NCBI GenBank assembly: GCA_964445355.1
Contig: CAYUKQ010000004.1
Span: 1,028 to 65,027 of the forward strand
DNA: 64,000 nt
Source of the DNA: an uncultured Gammaproteobacteria bacterium
GTDB taxonomy: Bacteria > Patescibacteriota > Microgenomatia > CAYQLK01
Reading direction: 5' to 3'
Below the pieces are notes generated by a model that worked only from the letters and a program-made list of their open reading frames with translations, searched no databases and was not told the DNA's origin. Below are positions 59,293-64,000 of the stretch, in pieces (position 1 is the stretch's first letter; every line of letters starts with the position of its first letter). The position numbers and the translations under genes are program-made.

Positions 59293-59706
59293 TTAGATGT
59301 TGCATAGGGTACCTGCCGGAGTGTAGTTGAGCAGGTTGATGCCTGTTACTAATTCAAGCGATTTGAAGATGGCATATACAAGCAAGAGGACCACGACTCC
59401 GATGAGTGCGGTTGTGATTGCGCCGCGAGCTTGGCCGGCGCCACCTGGATTACCGAAGGAGAAAATATATTTGTACCCAGCGTAAATGAGCATCAGGAAA
59501 AAAGCGATCCCTGCGGCCGGGGCAATGATCTTGATCGTTTTGGCGACGATCCCGAGCAAATCACAAAGCTGCGATGGGGTTTCGCTATCGCTACCGCCTC
59601 CTCCGGGTGGACCGCCACCTCCGGTACTGGCGGCGAAGGCTGTTTGACTAACTAAAAGCAGTAAGAGGACATAAACAATTGTGATTGAGAGCGCTCGATA
59701 TTTCAT
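59293..59706 (-). CDS. pilin-like small membrane protein, paralog 1 (signal peptide plus two-TM hairpin)
   Basis: Signal peptide, a Gly-rich segment and two TM helices separated by the loop FSFGNPGGAGQARGAI. Confidence 0.5.
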   Translation of the reverse strand: MKYRALSITIVYVLLLLLVSQTAFAASTGGGGPPGGGGSDSETPSQLCDLLGIVAKTIKIIAPAAGIAFFLMLIYAGYKYIFSFGNPGGAGQARGAITTALIGVVVLLLVYAIFKSLELVTGINLLNYTPAGTLCNI

Positions 59707-59821
59707 AAAAACTAACTCTTATTAAGAATGATACCAATAACTAATGACTTAAATCCAAAACAATACCGGTCGGGAACGAAATCCGTCCAGACCGATATGT
59801 TTTTTGGGAGTAAAACAATTA

Positions 59822-60202
59822 CTAATTTCCAAGAGTAGGAATAGTAAAGTTGTCTCCAGTAATAATGCTGACTCCGAGAATAGCTTGGACAAGCATAATT
59901 AAGGCTAAGGCCAAAACTACAACCACCAAACCTACGAGTGCGTGGATTACTTGCTGTCTGGCGGCGTTGACTTTTCCTGGATCACCACTTGAGAGGATCC
60001 ACTTGATACCACCAATGAGTAACCAAATAAAAGCAATAAGGAATGCGGCAAAAATAATAGCTTTAATGACGAAACTTAGGATCGCGCCAGGTTCGGCGAC
60101 GTTAACGCTGTATGGGTTGAGGTTGATTTCGTCTGCTAAGACGTTGCTTGTCGCGGCAATTGTGCCAGCGACTGACGAGGCTGCGGCAATTAACTTTTTT
60201 AT
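59822..60202 (-). pseudogene. pilin-like paralog 2 with ATA at the expected start codon (non-canonical start or point-mutated pseudogene)
   Basis: Hand translation gives (I)KKLIAAASSVAGTIAATSNVLADE...LIGGIKWILSSGDPGKVNAARQQVIHALVGLVVVVLALALI...GN*. It has the conserved loop motif and a signal-peptide-like N-terminus but no ATG, GTG or TTG. The SD (AAAGGGGGTGA) sits 9 nt upstream of ATA. It is absent from the ORF track for this reason. Confidence 0.4.
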
Positions 60203-60226
60203 AACGACTCACCCCCTTTCAAGGTT

Positions 60227-60676
60227 TTAAAACGGAAGCGTTGGGTTTGTAATTGATCCCGCGTCGAGAGTGAAGACCTTTTCGACCAGGGTCAGGATCG
60301 AGAATGCGAGAATGATAACTACCAGTCCGACGATTGCGTAAACGATCTTTTTTTGAGCGGCGGCGGTTTTGTTTGGCTCGCCGTTACTGGTAATGTAGTT
60401 GATTCCGCCGATTAACAGCCAGATAAAAGCCATAAGGAATCCGGCAAAAATCAGAATCTTAATGAAAAAAGTAATTAGCGTCCCGACTTGGGATGCCTCT
60501 GTGGGAATACCGGCAGGCGGACAAATCTCACCGAGCGGGTTGTCGCTCGATCCTTGTGATCCGGTCGTGCATGCAGCGATCACGTTGACACTCGAAATAA
60601 TTAACATTGCGATTAAGCCTGGGAAGATAATAGCTAAGTGTTTGAGATTGTGTTGTAGTGATCTGAGCTGTTTCAT
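60227..60676 (-). CDS. pilin-like small membrane protein, paralog 3
   Basis: Loop motif LIGGINYITSNGEPNKTAAAQKKIVYAIVGLVVII. Confidence 0.5.
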   Translation of the reverse strand: MKQLRSLQHNLKHLAIIFPGLIAMLIISSVNVIAACTTGSQGSSDNPLGEICPPAGIPTEASQVGTLITFFIKILIFAGFLMAFIWLLIGGINYITSNGEPNKTAAAQKKIVYAIVGLVVIILAFSILTLVEKVFTLDAGSITNPTLPF

Positions 60677-60677
60677 T

Positions 60678-61100
60678 TTAAAGGTTGGGGTTATTGATAA
60701 ATAGTGCCTGTACTGTATACATTATCACAAAGGTCAGGATCATCACGACCATACCAACCACAGCAAAAGTAATGTTTTTGCGTGCGTCAGCGGCTTTGTT
60801 TGGGTCACCACCTGAGGTGATGAATTTGATACCGCCGATCACAATATAGACTAGGGTAAAAATCGCACCGAGACTAAAAATAATACCCAGAGCGACCGTG
60901 CCAATATCACCAACTGATTGAAAAGTTTCGGCTGGCTGGAATTCTTCGTTGATGTCCAGCCCCATAAGGCTAAGCGCTGAAGTGGGGATAATGGCGGTGG
61001 TCAAGATTTTTTTAAGTAACATAAACGTTAAGCACTGATTGGGAAATAAATGCTGTGATTGCCCAAGCAATGCAGATAATAATAAGACCGATAACTGCAT
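60678..61100 (-). CDS. pilin-like small membrane protein, paralog 4 (true start probably the internal Met, MLLKK...)
   Basis: Loop motif VIGGIKFITSGGDPNKAADARKNITFAVVGMVVMIL. The annotated start overlaps paralog 5. Confidence 0.5.
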   Translation of the reverse strand: MQLSVLLLSALLGQSQHLFPNQCLTFMLLKKILTTAIIPTSALSLMGLDINEEFQPAETFQSVGDIGTVALGIIFSLGAIFTLVYIVIGGIKFITSGGDPNKAADARKNITFAVVGMVVMILTFVIMYTVQALFINNPNL

Positions 61101-61344
61101 TGATAATCATGGATTTTCCTCCAGAAACACTGTTGGGGTTGCCGCCGCTAATAATGATGCGAAAAGCACCGATCGCAATCAGAATAATTGACACCAGAAA
61201 GGCAAATGGGAATAAAAAATAGACCATCGCGTTACTGATAAAACCGCCAATTGAGTTAACAGCCCCGGTTTCGTCAGAAGTAATAGGGTTGCCTACTCCA
61301 GAGTTGCCGAGTTGGATGGCGATGTGTTTGAGTTCGTTGATCAT
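61012..61344 (-). CDS. pilin-like small membrane protein, paralog 5 (no obvious signal peptide)
   Basis: Loop motif AIGAFRIIISGGNPNSVSGGKSMIINAVIGLIIICIA. Confidence 0.45.
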   Translation of the reverse strand: MINELKHIAIQLGNSGVGNPITSDETGAVNSIGGFISNAMVYFLFPFAFLVSIILIAIGAFRIIISGGNPNSVSGGKSMIINAVIGLIIICIAWAITAFISQSVLNVYVT

Positions 61345-61350
61345 AGACAG

Positions 61351-61959
61351 TTATGGGGTTGGGTCATAAATATCTGACTGACTTTCGATACCGGGCAGAT
61401 TAAGGATGTTGGCACCGATTATTTCGAGGATAGATACAGCGAAGACAATAAACAATAGTCCTGAGATGGCAGAGATGATCATTTCACGGCCCTGGTTGAT
61501 TTTGGTAGGGTTGCCTGCAGAGGCGACGATTTGGACTGCACCAAAGCCAGCGAGAATAAAAGCAATAACTGCGGCGATCGAGATTGAGACTAGGAGAATT
61601 GTGGTAACGGTTTGCCCGCCACTATCACTAACGTCGAACTCTAAGATTCCTCCAATAGAACAGGTTGGTTTGCAGGGAATCGAGGAGTCTCCGCCAGACC
61701 CACCGCCAGTGGTTTCTCCGCTTCCTACACCTGCACCGCCAGCAAGGGCAGTTTCGCATGAAGCTTGTGAGCTGTAGTGAGGAAGATCACCTCCGAACGA
61801 GGCAGAAATACATTGAACTGTGCCGCCGACGTTACGAATAAACCAATAGGTGGCTGCATTGACCTCATTTGGTTTTTGATTAAGAGAGGAAAACAATAAA
61901 TTAGCAAGGACAAATATTGCCAGGATGAATGTTTTTCTGAACAGTTTAGTTTTGGGCAT
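61351..61959 (-). CDS. pilin-like membrane protein, paralog 6, with an extra Cys-containing extracellular domain
   Basis: Signal peptide, a 100-aa Cys/Gly-rich domain, then the conserved hairpin GFGAVQIVASAGNPTKINQGREMIISAISGLLFIVFA. Confidence 0.5.
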   Translation of the reverse strand: MPKTKLFRKTFILAIFVLANLLFSSLNQKPNEVNAATYWFIRNVGGTVQCISASFGGDLPHYSSQASCETALAGGAGVGSGETTGGGSGGDSSIPCKPTCSIGGILEFDVSDSGGQTVTTILLVSISIAAVIAFILAGFGAVQIVASAGNPTKINQGREMIISAISGLLFIVFAVSILEIIGANILNLPGIESQSDIYDPTP

Positions 61960-61977
61960 AGAAGGTATAATTTAACA

Positions 61978-63708
61978 ATGACAAAGTTCCCTGCCTGCAG
62001 TCAAGTTTTATTCAAACACTCAAAGCTATTCTTGATAAGTATTGTAATTACCGCGCAGATTTTTAGTCTGGTGTCAGTGAAAGTTGTATGGGGTTTGGAT
62101 TTAAATAATAGTGATGAAATCGCCAAGGAAATAGAGAAGCTGAGCAAAGATCTTAAAGCGAGTCAGGACGCAACAGTGCCTTTGGAGCAGAAGCTTAAGA
62201 GTTTGAATACCCAGATCACATCGATCCAGGGGAAAATTAATAAGTTCACGGCGGATATCAATAATGCGGAGAAACAAATTAAACAAAAAGAGGCTGATTT
62301 GGAAAAGCAAAAGGCGATTTTGGCTGCAACCGTGAGAAGTTATTACATTAAGACTTTTGTGGATACACCTTTATTAACATTGCTTTCTTCTAATAATGCG
62401 ACGGATGTAACAAGAGAGCTGACATTTAGAAGTAAGACGACAGATAGAGATAAAAATTTGATTGTAACGATCACTGGAGATATTAATGGTCTGAAAAAAG
62501 ATAAAGAGGATTTGGCAAAGGAAAAAACCAAGCTGGCCGGATTGCAGGTGTCTTTGAATAAAGAGGCTGATTTTTATGCCAAAGAGGTGGCAGGAGCAAA
62601 GAAATATCAAACCGATCTATCAAATCAAATCGCTTCATTGACCGCCAGACAGAACGAAATTATTGCCAGTAAGAGTGGTACATTCACTACCGGTGTTGGT
62701 GATGTGCCACTAGCAGATGATCCAAATGCAAGTGTGAACTTTAACCCCGGATTCTCAAAAGCATTTGCGGCATTTTCATTCGGCGCTTACACACATCGCA
62801 AAGGAATGAGTCAATATGGAGCTAAAGGCAGAGCTGATGCCGGTCAAAATTTTAAGACGATTTTAAGTAAATATTACGGCAAGGAGCCGAATGGTAAGGA
62901 TACCGGGGGAAACATTAAAGTATCTGGATATGGTGAGATGGATTTTGAAACAAAGTATTTGTATGGAATTGCGGAAATGCCCTCGAGTTTTCCAGAAGAG
63001 GCGTTAAAGGCGCAAGCGGTGGCAGCTAGAACTTATGCTTACCGGTATAAGAAGGATGGTTTGGAAATCTGCACGACCGAAGCTTGTCAGGTGTTTAATA
63101 AATCCAAGTCTGATAGTCCGCCGGATAAGTGGAAGAAGGCGGTGGATGATACTAAAGGACAAGTTATTGAAGATGTGGTGACGTATTACTCTTCAACAAC
63201 TGGTGGTTATTTGACGACCTCAGGCTGGGATACCGGTTGTGGTTCAAAAGATTGTTGGACAGGTGATGCTTTTGAAAAAAAAGCTAACAGTCCGTGGTTT
63301 TATAAAGCTTGGTATACGCAAAGTTATTCGGTTAGCTCAGATAAGTGCGGTAAGAGTAACCCTTGGCTGAATAACGAGGAGTTCTCGGATATTTTGAATG
63401 GGTATTTGCTGATCAATAATAATCACCCGGATTCCGGTAGAGTGACACCCGTGTCTTCCTGCTGGGGCGGATCACCTTTGTCGATGTCAGAGATGAGGGA
63501 GAGGGCCGGTCAGTATGGAGGAGCGTTCACTGCAGTTAATTCGGTGTCGGTAAGTTATTCAAATGACGGTTCTACGGCTAGTGTTACGATCAATAGTAAC
63601 CGAGGAACTGATACGATTTCAGGGTCAAAGTTCAAAGAGGCGTTTAATCTTAGGGCCCCGGGTTGGATTTCGATAAAATCTCCATTGTTTAATATCGAAG
63701 TAAAGTAA
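61978..63708 (+). CDS. SpoIID/LytB-domain protein with an N-terminal TM and coiled-coil
   Basis: N-terminal coiled coil and C-terminal SpoIID/LytB motifs (HRKGMSQYGAKGRA, AQAVAARTYA, YYSSTTGGY). Confidence 0.65.
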   Translation: MTKFPACSQVLFKHSKLFLISIVITAQIFSLVSVKVVWGLDLNNSDEIAKEIEKLSKDLKASQDATVPLEQKLKSLNTQITSIQGKINKFTADINNAEKQIKQKEADLEKQKAILAATVRSYYIKTFVDTPLLTLLSSNNATDVTRELTFRSKTTDRDKNLIVTITGDINGLKKDKEDLAKEKTKLAGLQVSLNKEADFYAKEVAGAKKYQTDLSNQIASLTARQNEIIASKSGTFTTGVGDVPLADDPNASVNFNPGFSKAFAAFSFGAYTHRKGMSQYGAKGRADAGQNFKTILSKYYGKEPNGKDTGGNIKVSGYGEMDFETKYLYGIAEMPSSFPEEALKAQAVAARTYAYRYKKDGLEICTTEACQVFNKSKSDSPPDKWKKAVDDTKGQVIEDVVTYYSSTTGGYLTTSGWDTGCGSKDCWTGDAFEKKANSPWFYKAWYTQSYSVSSDKCGKSNPWLNNEEFSDILNGYLLINNNHPDSGRVTPVSSCWGGSPLSMSEMRERAGQYGGAFTAVNSVSVSYSNDGSTASVTINSNRGTDTISGSKFKEAFNLRAPGWISIKSPLFNIEVK

Positions 63709-63761
63709 AGAGCCTGTTGGAGGTTGGATGATTTTGGGTATAGAATAGGCTCTAAGGAAAA

Positions 63762-64000
63762 ATGTTTAATTCTTATTTTGAAAATCCGTCAGGTATATCC
63801 TTCGAAGGGCAGGAGCCCGGAGAAAAAGTGATCCTTTTTCTTAGGCAGCATTTTGTGGTCTTGATCGCGCCGTTCGTGACATTACTGGTGATGGCCTTGG
63901 TGCCGTTTTTGTTTTTTGGAGGAGTGGCGCTATTAGAGGCGGATATTACCTCGATAATTGGTCCAGGATATTGGGTGGTGGCAACGTTGTTGTGGTACTT
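63762..64000 (+). CDS. membrane protein, N-terminal fragment (continues past the window end)
   Basis: ATG at 63762. MFNSYFENPSG...VILFLRQHFVVLIAPFV is hydrophobic. The frame is open to the window end. Confidence 0.4.
   Translation, partial: MFNSYFENPSGISFEGQEPGEKVILFLRQHFVVLIAPFVTLLVMALVPFLFFGGVALLEADITSIIGPGYWVVATLLWY

Noticed and set aside
44298-63708. The secretion-like block was considered as an integrative conjugative element.
   Set aside because: No integrase, relaxase, VirD4-type coupling protein, flanking tRNA or direct repeats are visible in the window. It is kept as a T4SS-like island of unknown mobility.
1-64000. CRISPR arrays and rRNA/tRNA genes.
   Set aside because: No regularly spaced direct repeats were seen. 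No rRNA-like conserved blocks or tRNA cloverleaf candidates were found in any intergenic region.

Overview
The window is an AT-rich, gene-dense bacterial chromosomal segment with short intergenic regions and many overlapping start/stop codons. Gene content and style suggest a small-genome, Gram-positive-like or CPR/Patescibacteria-type organism, but phylum cannot be proven from sequence alone. It contains the replication-origin neighbourhood: rpmH-rnpA-yidD-yidC-jag on the minus strand, then dnaA-dnaN-DUF721 on the plus strand, with perfect DnaA boxes flanking dnaA.

Housekeeping genes are readily recognisable:
- two UvrD-family helicases, one of them fused to a Cas4/AddB-like Fe-S nuclease;
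- rmuC, a class A PBP, metG, tatD, valS, tsaD, rplY, rnhA;
- groES-groEL preceded by a CIRCE operator.

There is also a cell-envelope glycan cluster: a GT2 enzyme with a QxxRW motif, a GT-C (ArnT/PMT-like) enzyme, a WecA/MraY-family transferase, a UbiA-type decaprenyl-phosphate phosphoribosyltransferase, then a Wzy-like ligase and a Wzx-like flippase.

The most interesting part is the ~19 kb block downstream of dnaN (about 44.3-63.7 kb). It looks like a Gram-positive-type (Prg-like) type IV secretion-like system with no relaxase, coupling protein or integrase. Its parts are a 1171-aa membrane protein with a C-terminal M23/LytM peptidase (PrgK-like), an apparently split VirB4/TrsE ATPase, a PrgI/VirB3-like fusion protein, a VirB6/TrbL-like polytopic protein, a secreted Cys-containing protein, a tandem array of six paralogous small two-TM pilin-like genes (one with ATA where the start codon should be) and a SpoIID/LytB protein. 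By eye this block has higher G+C than the rest of the window.

A separate ~1.1 kb strongly GC-rich island (about 2.1-3.2 kb) carries two overlapping minus-strand ORFs of unknown function, between femAB and the helicase-nuclease gene. It looks foreign, or else an assembly chimera.
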